A stretch of 64,000 nucleotides of DNA from Candidatus Ratteibacteria bacterium. Lineage in GTDB: Bacteria; Ratteibacteria; UBA8468; B48-G9; JAFGKM01. Position numbers and translations under genes: made by a program. The stretch lies in the NCBI GenBank assembly GCA_046296715.1, contig JBKBIN010000008.1, positions 637 through 64,636 of the forward strand, written 5' to 3'. A model generated the notes under the pieces. The model ran no database searches. It had not been told where the DNA came from and was given only the letters and a program-made list of their open reading frames with translations. Below, in pieces: positions 28,150-38,755 of this stretch. How positions within the stretch are numbered: the stretch's first letter is position 1; each line of letters begins with the position of its first letter.

Positions 28150-29496
28150 TTGTTGGAAAAAGAAATAATTGAACTAATAGAAAATAAAGACTGGCACAAT
28201 TTAAAAGAAGCAATCGTTGAGTGGCCCTCACCTGATATAGCAGAACTTCTTGAAGAACTGGAAGAAGAAAATAGAATTATAGTATTTAGATTATTGCCAA
28301 AAAAACTTTCAGTAGAGGTTTTTGATGAATTAAATCCTATTGTAAAAGAAAATTTAATTTCAAAATTAACAGATGAACATATAAGAAATATCCTTTCAGA
28401 TCTTCCACCGGATGAAAGGACTGACTTATTTGAAGAATTACCTGGGAAAATTACTCAGAGATTACTAAATTTATTGTCTCCAGCAGATAGAAAAGAAGCG
28501 TTAAAACTTCTTGGTTATCCTGAAAATAGTGTTGGAAGATTGATGACTCCTGACTATGTTGCAATAAAAAAAGACTGGACAATTGATAAAGCACTTAATC
28601 ATATAAGAGAATTTGGGAAAAATGCTGAAACAATTAATGTTGTTTATGTTGTAGATGAAAATTGGAAATTGCTTGATGATATTACATTAAGTAAACTTAT
28701 ACTTTCAGATCCTGATGAAATTGTTGAAAAAATAATGGATTTTAATTTTATTGCAATTGGAGCAAATAAGGACCAAGAAGAAGCAGCAAATTTAATGAGG
28801 AAATACGACCTTATTGTTTTACCTGTTATAGATGAGGAAGGGATTCTTCTTGGAATAGTTACTGTTGACGATGTTTTGAATGTTATTGAACAGGAACATA
28901 CTGAAGATATGACGAAGATTTTTGGTATAACTCCTGAAAGTGCAGGTGTTGAGTTAATAACAGACCTTTTGAAAACGCCAATAAAAGACCTATATAAAAG
29001 TAGAATCACATGGCTTATTATTCTGCTCTTTATGGATTTATTTACAGGTGGTATTATAAATAAGTTTAATGAAATGATTGCTAAATATGTTGTTTTAGTT
29101 ACTTTTTTACCTGTTCTTGTTGATACTGCTGGAAATGCTGGTAGTCAATCAGCAACTTTGATAATAAGGTCAATGGCGCTTGGGAAAATAAAAGTTAAGG
29201 ATTGGTTTAAAATGTTTGGAAGAGAAATTTTTATTGCTTTATTACTTGGTTTAACTATGGGGTTTGGAATTTCTTTTATGGGTATTTTAAGAGGTGGTTT
29301 TGATGTATGTAAAGTTGTAGTTATTTCAATGATTGTTAATGTTATTGCAGGTTGTTTAATGGGTATGGCATTACCTTTTATCTTTACAAAATTAAAAAAA
29401 GACCCTGCGACAGCAAGTGCACCTTTGATTACAACTCTTGCAGATATAGTTGGTACAGGAATATATTTAACAATTGCAATGATAATGTTAAAATAA
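28150..29496 (+). CDS. mgtE: Magnesium transporter MgtE (start uncertain; the SD-linked ATG at 28121 is out of frame)
   Basis: YPENSVGRLMT, CBS pair, GNAGSQS, DPATASAPLITTLAD. Confidence 0.93.
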   Translation: MLEKEIIELIENKDWHNLKEAIVEWPSPDIAELLEELEEENRIIVFRLLPKKLSVEVFDELNPIVKENLISKLTDEHIRNILSDLPPDERTDLFEELPGKITQRLLNLLSPADRKEALKLLGYPENSVGRLMTPDYVAIKKDWTIDKALNHIREFGKNAETINVVYVVDENWKLLDDITLSKLILSDPDEIVEKIMDFNFIAIGANKDQEEAANLMRKYDLIVLPVIDEEGILLGIVTVDDVLNVIEQEHTEDMTKIFGITPESAGVELITDLLKTPIKDLYKSRITWLIILLFMDLFTGGIINKFNEMIAKYVVLVTFLPVLVDTAGNAGSQSATLIIRSMALGKIKVKDWFKMFGREIFIALLLGLTMGFGISFMGILRGGFDVCKVVVISMIVNVIAGCLMGMALPFIFTKLKKDPATASAPLITTLADIVGTGIYLTIAMIMLK

Positions 29497-29565
29497 AAAG
29501 TAAAACTAAACTAAGATAAATAAAAAATTGTCTAAAAAAGAATATAGAGCTATAGGAGGGGAGAA

Positions 29566-30579
29566 ATGGTAAGAGTTGGTATAATAGGAGCTGGATTTAT
29601 GGGGAATATGCATGCATTAGTATATTCACAACTTCCTGATGTAAAAATAGTTGGAATTGCAGATATAAGAGGTGATAAAGCAAAATCTCTTGCTACAAAA
29701 TTTAAGACCATTGCTTATTTTGAACCTGACCAACTTATTAAAAAAGAGGATGTTACATTAATTGATGTATGTCTTCCTACTTTTTTGCATAAAGAGTATG
29801 TTATAAAAGCAGCAGAGGCAGGAAAAGATGTAATATGTGAAAAACCAATAGCCCTTAATGTAGAGGATGCGGATGAGATGATAAAGGTATGTGAGAAAAA
29901 TAGAGTTAGATTTGCAGTTGCACAGGTTATTAGATTTTGGCCAGAGTATAAGTATTTAAAAGAAATTTATGATAGTGGGAAATATGGAAAATTACTTACA
30001 ATTACAATGAGAAGAGTCTCTCCTATTCCTACATGGGCTTGGCAGGATTGGCTTTTAGACCAGGAAAAGTCTGGAGGAGCATTAATTGATTTGCATATCC
30101 ATGATACTGATTTTTTACTTTATCTTGTTAAAGAAAGACCACAAAAAATTTATTCTAAAATTGTTAAAAAAAATGGGCTTGATGCACAAGTTTTTACTAT
30201 TTTTACATTTAAAAATGGATTAATTGCTGAAATAGAGGGTTGTTTTGATTTTCCACCAAATTTTCCATTTGAAATGAGTTTTACTGCTAAGTTTGAAAAA
30301 GCAACTATTGATTTTAATTCTAATAAATCGCCATCACTTGTTTGTTATGAATTATCTGGTAAAATTGATAAACCAATTTTTCAAAAAATAAAAGCAAATG
30401 GAGTAGAAGGTAATATAGAAGATTTAGGTGGATATTTTTTTGAATTAAGGTATTTCATCGACCATATAATTCATAATAAACCATTTCAAATAGTTACTCC
30501 TCAAGATGCAAGAAATTCTCTTGAAATAGTTTTGAAGGAAAAAGAATCGGCATTAAAAGGGATAGAGGTTGAAATATGA
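29566..30579 (+). CDS. Gfo/Idh/MocA oxidoreductase
   Basis: IIGAGFMG, CEKP, SGGALIDLHIHD. Confidence 0.9.
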   Translation: MVRVGIIGAGFMGNMHALVYSQLPDVKIVGIADIRGDKAKSLATKFKTIAYFEPDQLIKKEDVTLIDVCLPTFLHKEYVIKAAEAGKDVICEKPIALNVEDADEMIKVCEKNRVRFAVAQVIRFWPEYKYLKEIYDSGKYGKLLTITMRRVSPIPTWAWQDWLLDQEKSGGALIDLHIHDTDFLLYLVKERPQKIYSKIVKKNGLDAQVFTIFTFKNGLIAEIEGCFDFPPNFPFEMSFTAKFEKATIDFNSNKSPSLVCYELSGKIDKPIFQKIKANGVEGNIEDLGGYFFELRYFIDHIIHNKPFQIVTPQDARNSLEIVLKEKESALKGIEVEI

Positions 30580-32876
30580 TAGAAAAAATTTTGCTCAGTT
30601 TTTTTGTTTTTGTAAATCTTATATATTCACAGTATTCTGCGACTGATTTCCCTAAAGAGAATATATTTTTTGATTTTGAAGAAGATATACAGTTGTGGAA
30701 AATCACTTCTATAAAAAATAATTGTGTAAAAGAAGTAAAATTTTCAAACGAAAAATATATTGGGGGAAAAAGGTCTTTAGAAATTAAATTAGAAAATTAT
30801 GGCGAAGGTTCTGTTGAAAAAGAGTTCTTTAAAGACCTTTCAATATATAAAAATATTATATTTAATATTTACATACCTAAGGAAGCACCAGATGATGTTA
30901 AAATTTGTTTTTTCCTACAAGATAATGAATGGTTATGGTACCAAACACCTCTTTTTTCTTTAAAGAAAGACCAATGGAACAAAATAACAATAAATGTTGA
31001 ACCGCAAAGTACTTTCTGGGAAAATGTTGGTCATCCACAACCATGGTCAGAGAAGACAATTTGTAATATAAGAAAGATTGGTATTAAAATATTTTTGAAT
31101 ACTAAATTTACAGGTTCTATCTATATTGATGAAATAAAAGGCAGTTTTAAAGTTTTCCCTGAAATTTCAACAAATAAAAAGAAACTTTTGCAGTTTGAAA
31201 AATTTGAAATTTCTTTTTTTTTACCCCAAAAATATTCAAATCCATTTGACCCTGAACAAATAGATGTTGAAGGTGTTTTTATTGATCCTGATGATAACAC
31301 AATTTCTATCCCTGGTTTTTATTATCAAGAATATGAAAGATTTTTGGAAAATCAAGAAGAGATTTTAATTCCTGTTGGATATCCTTACTGGAAAATAAGA
31401 TTTACACCTGAAAAGATAGGAAGATATAAATTTTTTGTAAGAATTAGAGAATATGATAAAGAAGTAAAAACTGATGTAAATTATTTTATAGTTGAACCAA
31501 ATGAGAGTAAAAATAAATTTATAAAAGTGAGTAAGATTGATAATAGATTTTTTTCATATAGAAGTGGTGAGTTTTTTTATCCAGTTGGTTTTAACATCCG
31601 TTCTCCTACAGATGAAAGATATGCAAGAATGATGAGAAAAGAAGTTGTTCCTGACAATGGTACATTTTATTATGAATATATTTTTAAAAAGATGAAAGAA
31701 AATGGAATTAATTTTACAGAGATCTGGATGTCTCCATGGTTTTCTGCACTTGAATGGAAAGAAAATAGACCTGGTTATAGAGGAGTTGGTTATTATAATT
31801 TAAGAAACGCATGGAAGATTGATAAAGTTATTGAATTTGCTGAACTTAATGATATTTATGTGCAACTTGTAATTATAAATCATGGACAGTTAAGTACTTG
31901 GTGTGATCAGGAATGGCAGGACAATCCGTATAATGTAAGAAACGGTGGCTTTTTAAAAAGTCCTAATGAATTTTTTACAAATGAAAGAGCAAAAAAATTG
32001 ATGAAAAATAAGTTAAGATATATTGTTGCGAGATGGGGATATTCTCCTTACATTTTCTCTTGGGAAATTTTGAATGAAATAAACCTTGTAGGTGATTCAC
32101 ATAATTTTTATTTTAGAGAAGAAATAACAAAATGGTATAAAGAGATGAAAGAATATTTAAATGAAATAGATCCTTTTAATCATATGGTTACTGCACATTA
32201 TACAATTCTTGTTGATAATGAAATTCTTTCAAATATAATTGACTATACTATAACAAATGGATATTATGATTTTCGTCGATTTGACCTCCCAACTTTTTTT
32301 AAAAATATATATTCCTTTAATTCCTTTTTCAAAAAACCAACCTTCATTTCAGAATATGGCGGAACACCTATGGGAAGCAGTTTTGAAAATTTAAAAAGAG
32401 ATATAATTTTAGGTTTATGGTTTTCTTTTCACTTGCCTTTTGCTGGTACACCTCTTTTCTGGTGGCATAGATTTATAGATGAATTTGATCTCTATTATAT
32501 TTATAAAATCTTTTCTGAGTATATAAAAGGTATTGATAGATTAAAATTTCCAATTGAGACAGAAATTGTTAATATAGAAGGAGAAGGTAAAAATCAAATC
32601 TTTTCAATTGCAACTGGAAATAGATTTTTTTCAAGCATTCTTTTATATGATTATAGTGTTACAAAAGATATGGAAAGAAAAGAGTTTCCAGCATATAATA
32701 GTTTAATTTGTTTTCTTAAAAATAAAAAACCAGGTAAATATAAAGTTGAATTTTATGATTTAGAAAAAGGGAAAATTGAAGAAAAAGAAATTTTAAGTGA
32801 TGAGAATGGGAATTTAAAAATTGGAATACCATCTTTCAAAAAATGGATTGCAATAAAAGTAAATCCTTATGAATAA
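30576..32876 (+). CDS. Secreted DUF5060-containing glycoside hydrolase (GH5/GH-A clan-like) with an N-terminal CBM-like domain
   Basis: Signal peptide; NPFDP, WKIRFTP, LRYIVARWGYSP, WEILNE (acid/base), ISEYG (nucleophile). Confidence 0.75.
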   Translation: MIEKILLSFFVFVNLIYSQYSATDFPKENIFFDFEEDIQLWKITSIKNNCVKEVKFSNEKYIGGKRSLEIKLENYGEGSVEKEFFKDLSIYKNIIFNIYIPKEAPDDVKICFFLQDNEWLWYQTPLFSLKKDQWNKITINVEPQSTFWENVGHPQPWSEKTICNIRKIGIKIFLNTKFTGSIYIDEIKGSFKVFPEISTNKKKLLQFEKFEISFFLPQKYSNPFDPEQIDVEGVFIDPDDNTISIPGFYYQEYERFLENQEEILIPVGYPYWKIRFTPEKIGRYKFFVRIREYDKEVKTDVNYFIVEPNESKNKFIKVSKIDNRFFSYRSGEFFYPVGFNIRSPTDERYARMMRKEVVPDNGTFYYEYIFKKMKENGINFTEIWMSPWFSALEWKENRPGYRGVGYYNLRNAWKIDKVIEFAELNDIYVQLVIINHGQLSTWCDQEWQDNPYNVRNGGFLKSPNEFFTNERAKKLMKNKLRYIVARWGYSPYIFSWEILNEINLVGDSHNFYFREEITKWYKEMKEYLNEIDPFNHMVTAHYTILVDNEILSNIIDYTITNGYYDFRRFDLPTFFKNIYSFNSFFKKPTFISEYGGTPMGSSFENLKRDIILGLWFSFHLPFAGTPLFWWHRFIDEFDLYYIYKIFSEYIKGIDRLKFPIETEIVNIEGEGKNQIFSIATGNRFFSSILLYDYSVTKDMERKEFPAYNSLICFLKNKKPGKYKVEFYDLEKGKIEEKEILSDENGNLKIGIPSFKKWIAIKVNPYE

Positions 32877-34269
32877 TAAATTTTTAAAATTTAATTTCAT
32901 TTTCCCAGAAGAGAATGCTTATATAAAACTTATCTGGTGGCAAAAGATTTTTCTATTTTTATTTTTTTCTGGCATGCTTTATCTTCTTTATTCCCATTTT
33001 TTTCTTAAAACTTATACTTTTTTTTATTTTTTTTCCACAATCTATTTTATCATCTGTATTCATAAGTTATTTTTAGTTTTTCGTGGACTTGTAAAAAGTA
33101 AAGAAATAAAAGTTAGTGAAATTGAAATAATGTCTAATAGAGATTGGCCAATCTATACAATTTTATTACCAATATATAAAGAAAAGGAAATTTTCAACCA
33201 GCTCTATACTGCAATAGAAAATATTGATTATCCAAAAGATAAACTTGATGTGATACTTTTAATTGAAGAAGATGATTTAGAAATAAAAGAGTATTTGAAA
33301 AATTATCAACTACCTTCTCATTGGAGGATAATTGAAGTCCCTGACTTTAAACCAAAAACAAAAGGGAAAGCATTAAATTTTGGCTTAAATCAAGCAAAAG
33401 GTGTATATCTTGTTATTTATGATGCCGAAGATATACCAGAGAAAGACCAATTAAAAAAAGCAGTATTGGGGTTCAAAAAAGTATCTGATAATGTTGTTTG
33501 TCTTCAATCCAAATTAAATTATTATAATCCAAACCAAAATTTTCTAACAAAATGGTTTACAGCAGAATATTCCTCCTGGTTTGATTTGTATTTACCAGGA
33601 ATAGATAGCATAGAGGCGCCAATTCCTCTTGGTGGAACCTCAAATCATTTTAAAACTGATATATTAAAAGAATTGAAAGGTTGGGACCCTTTTAATGTTA
33701 CTGAAGATTGTGATCTTGGAATAAGAATTTTTAAAAATGGATACAGAACAAAAGTTCTTGATACAACTACATGGGAAGAAGCAAATAGTGAAATAAATAA
33801 CTGGATAAAACAGAGAAGTAGATGGGTTAAAGGATATATTCAAACTTATTTTGTTCACTTAAGAAATCCATTTAAATTGTTAAAACAGATTGGATTTAAG
33901 AATTTTATTCATTTTAATTTAATAGTTGGTGGTAATTTTTTTGTTTTATGTTTCAATCCAATTGCATGGGTTTTTTTACTAATTTGGATTTTTTCCCCTC
34001 AAAAAATTTTTTTCCCAAATCTCTTTTTTATGTTTGTCACTCCTGTTTTGCTAATTGGTAATATTATATTTGTTATTATTAATGTTATTGGAGTGTTAAA
34101 AAGAAAGTGGTATAAACTTGTATTTCCTGCCTTTCTTTCTCCTTTTTATTGGATATTAATGAGCATAGGTGCATTAAAAGGTTTTTTTCAATTTTTTAGA
34201 AAGCCACATTATTGGGAGAAAACCAAACATGCCTTATTTTATTCAGTAATTAATCTTGATAAAATATAA
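32869..34269 (+). CDS. Processive GT2 glycosyltransferase (cellulose-synthase-like)
   Basis: YTILLPIYKE, KGKALN, IYDAED, NVTEDCDLG, QRSRW, TM segments, WEKTKH. Confidence 0.88.
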   Translation: MNNKFLKFNFIFPEENAYIKLIWWQKIFLFLFFSGMLYLLYSHFFLKTYTFFYFFSTIYFIICIHKLFLVFRGLVKSKEIKVSEIEIMSNRDWPIYTILLPIYKEKEIFNQLYTAIENIDYPKDKLDVILLIEEDDLEIKEYLKNYQLPSHWRIIEVPDFKPKTKGKALNFGLNQAKGVYLVIYDAEDIPEKDQLKKAVLGFKKVSDNVVCLQSKLNYYNPNQNFLTKWFTAEYSSWFDLYLPGIDSIEAPIPLGGTSNHFKTDILKELKGWDPFNVTEDCDLGIRIFKNGYRTKVLDTTTWEEANSEINNWIKQRSRWVKGYIQTYFVHLRNPFKLLKQIGFKNFIHFNLIVGGNFFVLCFNPIAWVFLLIWIFSPQKIFFPNLFFMFVTPVLLIGNIIFVIINVIGVLKRKWYKLVFPAFLSPFYWILMSIGALKGFFQFFRKPHYWEKTKHALFYSVINLDKI

Positions 34270-34292
34270 AACATGTTCAAAGCAAAAGAATA

Positions 34293-34321
34293 TTGACTTA
34301 GAATTTTTTTGAAAGTAAAAT
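34293..34321 (+). promoter_or_regulatory. Sigma70 promoter of the rplM operon
   Basis: TTGACT-17 nt-TAAAAT. Confidence 0.65.
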
Positions 34322-34380
34322 ATATTTAATTATTCTAAAAAAGTTATTTGGAAAGCCCTATGGTCAAAATAGGAGGGAAG

Positions 34381-34827
34381 ATGACAAAAACACAAATAGC
34401 GAAAAAAGAACAAATAAAAAGAAAATGGTATCTTGTTGATGCAGATGGACAGATCCTTGGACGACTTGCAAGTAAAGTAGCAAAAATTTTAATGGGAAAA
34501 CACAAGCCAATTTATACTCCTAATGTAGATACTGGTGATTTTGTAATAGTGATAAATGCTGAAAAAATAAGGGTAACTGGAAAGAAATTAACTGATAAGA
34601 TTTATTACAAACATACAGGATATCTTGGACATTTAAAAGAGGAAAAACTTATATCTTTATTAAATAGAAGACCTGAAGCAGTTATTAGATTTGCTGTTGA
34701 AGGAATGCTTCCCAAAAATTCTCTTGGAAGGAAAATGTTAAAGAAATTAAAAGTTTATAGAGGAGAAAATCATCCTCATCAGGCACAAAAGCCTGAAAAA
34801 TTAGATCTCAAGGAGGTGAAGATATGA
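34381..34827 (+). CDS. rplM: 50S ribosomal protein L13
   Basis: WYLVDA...[38 protein letters not shown]. Confidence 0.98.
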   Translation: MTKTQIAKKEQIKRKWYLVDADGQILGRLASKVAKILMGKHKPIYTPNVDTGDFVIVINAEKIRVTGKKLTDKIYYKHTGYLGHLKEEKLISLLNRRPEAVIRFAVEGMLPKNSLGRKMLKKLKVYRGENHPHQAQKPEKLDLKEVKI

Positions 34828-36053
34828 ATAAGATTTATATTATTGATGTAACAAATAGGGATGGTGTACAAACAGCACATCTTGGACTTGCTAAACTTGA
34901 AAAAACAATGATTAATTTATATCTGAATCAAATGGGGATTTTTCAGAGTGAAGCGGGTTTTCCAGTTACAAAACATGAAATAAATTATCTGAATGCAAAC
35001 ATTGAACTTGTTGAGAAAAAAGTTTTATATCCAATAAGGATTTCTGGATGGTTGAGGGCTGTTGTAAGTGATGTAGAGGAGGCGTTTAAAAATGTTCCTA
35101 AATTGAAACATTTAAATTTATCAATATCAACTTCGGAACAAATGATAATGGGTAAATTTCAAGGTAGAATGGGATTTAAAGATATTGTAAAAACTATGGT
35201 TGAAGCAGTAAAAGCAGCAAAATCCTTAGGAGCAGAAACAATTGGTGTTAATGCTGAAGATGCTTCAAGAACCAAAATAGAAAATTTAATAGAATTTACA
35301 CTTGCTGCCAAGGAAGCAGGTGCTGATAGAATAAGATATTGTGATACTCTTGGATATGATACACCTTTTACAATATATGAAAATGTATATAGGATTGCAG
35401 AGGCCACTAAAATTCCTATTGAACTTCACTGTCATAATGATCTTGGAATGGCAGTTGCATGTTCTATTGCAGGTGCAAAAGCTGCAATTGATGCAGGAGT
35501 AGATGCTTATATAAATACAACAATAAATGGGATGGGAGAAAGGGCTGGAAATGCTGATCTCATTTCATGTATTCTTGCAGTTAAATATGGTGCTGGAATG
35601 GAAAAGTATAAACTTGATGAGAATATAAATTTAAAGATGGCATGGAAAATTGCTCATTACGCTTCTTATGCTTTTAAAGTTCCTATTCCAATAAATCAGG
35701 TAGGAGTTGGAAAAAATGCGTTTGCTCATTCTTCTGGAATACATGTTGATGGTGCTTTAAAGGATAGAAGAAACTATGAATTATATGATTTTGAAGAACT
35801 TGGTAGAGGAGAACCAGAAATTGTTGAAACAGGAAGAATGATAATACTTGGAGAATATAGTGGAATTAAAGGTTTAAGGGATGTATATGGAAGACTTGAG
35901 ATTGAATTTAAAGATGACCAAGAGGCAAGAAAAATTCTTGAACTTGCAAGATACGCTAATGTTCATAAACAGAAACCTGTTACAGAAGATGAATTAATCT
36001 TTATAGCACGGTATCCTGAAATAGCAAGACTTATAATGACAATGACACCTTAA
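34824..36053 (+). CDS. Homocitrate synthase-like DRE-TIM acyltransferase (NifV/AksA/LeuA superfamily)
   Basis: [46 protein letters not shown]. Confidence 0.85.
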   Translation: MNKIYIIDVTNRDGVQTAHLGLAKLEKTMINLYLNQMGIFQSEAGFPVTKHEINYLNANIELVEKKVLYPIRISGWLRAVVSDVEEAFKNVPKLKHLNLSISTSEQMIMGKFQGRMGFKDIVKTMVEAVKAAKSLGAETIGVNAEDASRTKIENLIEFTLAAKEAGADRIRYCDTLGYDTPFTIYENVYRIAEATKIPIELHCHNDLGMAVACSIAGAKAAIDAGVDAYINTTINGMGERAGNADLISCILAVKYGAGMEKYKLDENINLKMAWKIAHYASYAFKVPIPINQVGVGKNAFAHSSGIHVDGALKDRRNYELYDFEELGRGEPEIVETGRMIILGEYSGIKGLRDVYGRLEIEFKDDQEARKILELARYANVHKQKPVTEDELIFIARYPEIARLIMTMTP

Positions 36054-36056
36054 AAA

Positions 36057-37310
36057 ATGGGTAAAACAATTGTTGAAAAAATCCTATCTAATCATTCAGG
36101 GAAAGAAGTTAAAGGTCAAGACATAGTTCTTGCAAAAGTTGATTTTTTAATGGCTCAAGATGGGACAGCACCTTTAGTAATTAAGACATTTGAAAATCTT
36201 GGAATAAATAAAATATTTGATAAAAATAAAGTTGGATTTGTTATTGATCATAATAGTCCAAGCCCAAACGAAGGAGTTTCTGCTTTGCATAAATTGATGA
36301 GAGATTTTGTTAAAAAATATGAATTTGAGATTTTTGATATTGGAGAAGGTGTTTGTCATGTTCTTATTCCAGAAAAGGGAAAAGTAAAACCAGGTGATTT
36401 AATTCTTGGTGCTGATAGTCATACTCCTACTTATGGTGCATTAAACTGTATGGCTTGTGGTGTTGGTTCAACAGACCTTGCTATAGCACTTGCAACTGGG
36501 TCTTTATGGTTTAAAGTTCCTCAAACAATAAAAATAGAGATAAAAGGCAAAATCCCTTTTGGTATATTTGGTAAAGATATTGCTTTGTATATGGTAAAAA
36601 ATTTAACTTCAGAAGGAGCAATTTATAAGTCAGTTGAAATAAAAGGAGAGACAGTAGAAAATTTATCAATGGATGAAAGATTTACAATTTGTAATTTAAC
36701 GACAGAAATTGGTGCAAAATGTGGAATAATGGAATTTGATGAAAAGACAAAAGAATATCTTGAAAAAAGGAATGTAAAAGATTATCAACCAGTTTTCCCT
36801 GATAAAGATGCGGTTTATGAAAAAGAATTTGTTCTTGATATTTCAAATTTAAAACCACAGGTTGCAAAACCACATAATGTTGATAATGTTTGTGATATAA
36901 ATGAAGTAGAAGGAATTGAAATTAATCAAGGTTTTATAGGGACCTGTACAAATGGAAGAGTTAGTGATTTTGAAATTGCAGCAAAGATTCTGAAAGGTAA
37001 AAAAATAAAAAAAGGTGTAAGATTAATTTGTACTTGTGGTTCAAGAGAAATATATATTGAATGTTTAAAAAGAGGATATATTGAGATTTTAGTTGAAAGT
37101 GGAGCATGTGTTACAAATCCAGGATGTGGTCCTTGTGTAGGAACTCACCAAGGGATTCCATCAGATGAAGAAGTTGTAATATCAACTGCAAACAGAAATT
37201 TTAAAGGCAGAATGGGCAATCCAAATGCTTTTATATATCTTGCTTCTCCTGCTACAGTTGCTGCAAGTTGCATTGAAGGGAAAATAACAGATCCAAGAAA
37301 ATATTTATGA
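36057..37310 (+). CDS. Isopropylmalate/homoaconitate dehydratase large subunit (LeuC/HacA family)
   Basis: GVCH, GADSHT, GTCTNGR, PGCGPCVG, STANRNFKGRMG, LASPA. Confidence 0.9.
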   Translation: MGKTIVEKILSNHSGKEVKGQDIVLAKVDFLMAQDGTAPLVIKTFENLGINKIFDKNKVGFVIDHNSPSPNEGVSALHKLMRDFVKKYEFEIFDIGEGVCHVLIPEKGKVKPGDLILGADSHTPTYGALNCMACGVGSTDLAIALATGSLWFKVPQTIKIEIKGKIPFGIFGKDIALYMVKNLTSEGAIYKSVEIKGETVENLSMDERFTICNLTTEIGAKCGIMEFDEKTKEYLEKRNVKDYQPVFPDKDAVYEKEFVLDISNLKPQVAKPHNVDNVCDINEVEGIEINQGFIGTCTNGRVSDFEIAAKILKGKKIKKGVRLICTCGSREIYIECLKRGYIEILVESGACVTNPGCGPCVGTHQGIPSDEEVVISTANRNFKGRMGNPNAFIYLASPATVAASCIEGKITDPRKYL

Positions 37311-38755
37311 GTGAAATACTTAAACTTGGTATTTGTGAGCTACAAGAATTATATAAAAAAAAAGAAGTTAAACCTTCAGAAGTTTTATTATTGTTGTATG
37401 AAGAAATTTATAGAAAAGATAAGGAGATTCATTCCTACCTCTATATAAATGAAAAGGCGATTGATGAAGCAAAAAAGGTTGATGAGAAAATAGCAAAAGG
37501 AGAAAATTTAAGAGAACTTGAAGGAATACCAATTTCTATAAAAGATAATATCTGCACAAAGGGGATGCCAACAACATGTGCCTCAAAAATACTTGAAAAT
37601 TTTATTCCTCCTTATGATGCTACTGTAATTGAAAGATTAAAGAAAAAAGGGGCAATTATAATTGGGAAAACAAATATGGATGAGTTTGCCTTTGGTTCAT
37701 CAACAGAGAATTCTGCATTTGGTCCAACAAAAAATCCATATGATTTTGAAAGAGTCCCTGGTGGTTCTTCAGGAGGTTCTACTGCCAGTGTGAGTGCTAA
37801 TTTATGTTTTGCATCTTTAGGTTCAGATACAGGTGGTTCAATAAGACAGCCAAGTGCTTTTTGTGGAGTTGTTGGGATAAAACCTACTTATGGGAGAGTT
37901 TCAAGATATGGTTTAATTGCGTTTGCTTCTTCACTTGACCAAATCGGACCTATAACAAAAAATGTAAAGGATAATGCATTATTACTTAAAATTATAAGTG
38001 GAAAAGATAAAATGGATTCAACAAGTGTTGATATTGAAGTCTGTGATTATTTTGAATTTTTAAATAGAGATTTAAATGGTTTGAAAATTGGGATACCTAA
38101 GGAGTATTTTATTGAAGGAATAGATAAGGAAATTAAAGAAAGAATTTTTGAAATTTTAAAAATTCTTGAAAATCAAGGAATGATAATTGAAGAAATTTCT
38201 TTACCTCATACTGACTATGGAATTGCAACTTATTATATTATAGCAACAGCAGAAGCAAGTTCAAATCTTGCAAGGTTTGATGGTGTGAAATATGGATATA
38301 GAAGTAAAAATTATAAAAATTTAATAGAAATGTACATGAAAACAAGAGGAGAAGGTTTTGGTCAAGAAGTAAAAAGAAGAATTATACTTGGTACTTATGT
38401 TTTATCTTCGGGATATTATGAAGCATATTATTTAAAAGCACAGAAAGTAAGGACATTAATAAAAAATGATTTTGAGCAGGCGTTTAAAAAAGTAGATATA
38501 ATATTGACTCCAACAACTCCTGAACTTCCTTTTAAATTAGGAGAAAAAAAGGATGATCCATTAAAGATGTATCTTTCTGATATTTTTACTGTAAATGTAA
38601 ATCTTTCAGGACTTCCTGCAATAAACCTACCTTCTGGTTTTTCTTCAAATAAATTGCCAATTGGTGTCCAATTTATAAGTCCTTATTTCAAAGAGGAAAT
38701 ACTTTTAAATCTTTCCTATAAACTTGAAAGTGAATTGAAAAGGAGTCAAAAATGA
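37307..38755 (+). CDS. gatA: Asp/Glu-tRNA amidotransferase subunit A
   Basis: GKTNMDEFAFGSSTE, PGGSSGGS, SDTGGSIRQP, EASSNLARFDG.KYG. Confidence 0.96.
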   Translation: MSEILKLGICELQELYKKKEVKPSEVLLLLYEEIYRKDKEIHSYLYINEKAIDEAKKVDEKIAKGENLRELEGIPISIKDNICTKGMPTTCASKILENFIPPYDATVIERLKKKGAIIIGKTNMDEFAFGSSTENSAFGPTKNPYDFERVPGGSSGGSTASVSANLCFASLGSDTGGSIRQPSAFCGVVGIKPTYGRVSRYGLIAFASSLDQIGPITKNVKDNALLLKIISGKDKMDSTSVDIEVCDYFEFLNRDLNGLKIGIPKEYFIEGIDKEIKERIFEILKILENQGMIIEEISLPHTDYGIATYYIIATAEASSNLARFDGVKYGYRSKNYKNLIEMYMKTRGEGFGQEVKRRIILGTYVLSSGYYEAYYLKAQKVRTLIKNDFEQAFKKVDIILTPTTPELPFKLGEKKDDPLKMYLSDIFTVNVNLSGLPAINLPSGFSSNKLPIGVQFISPYFKEEILLNLSYKLESELKRSQK

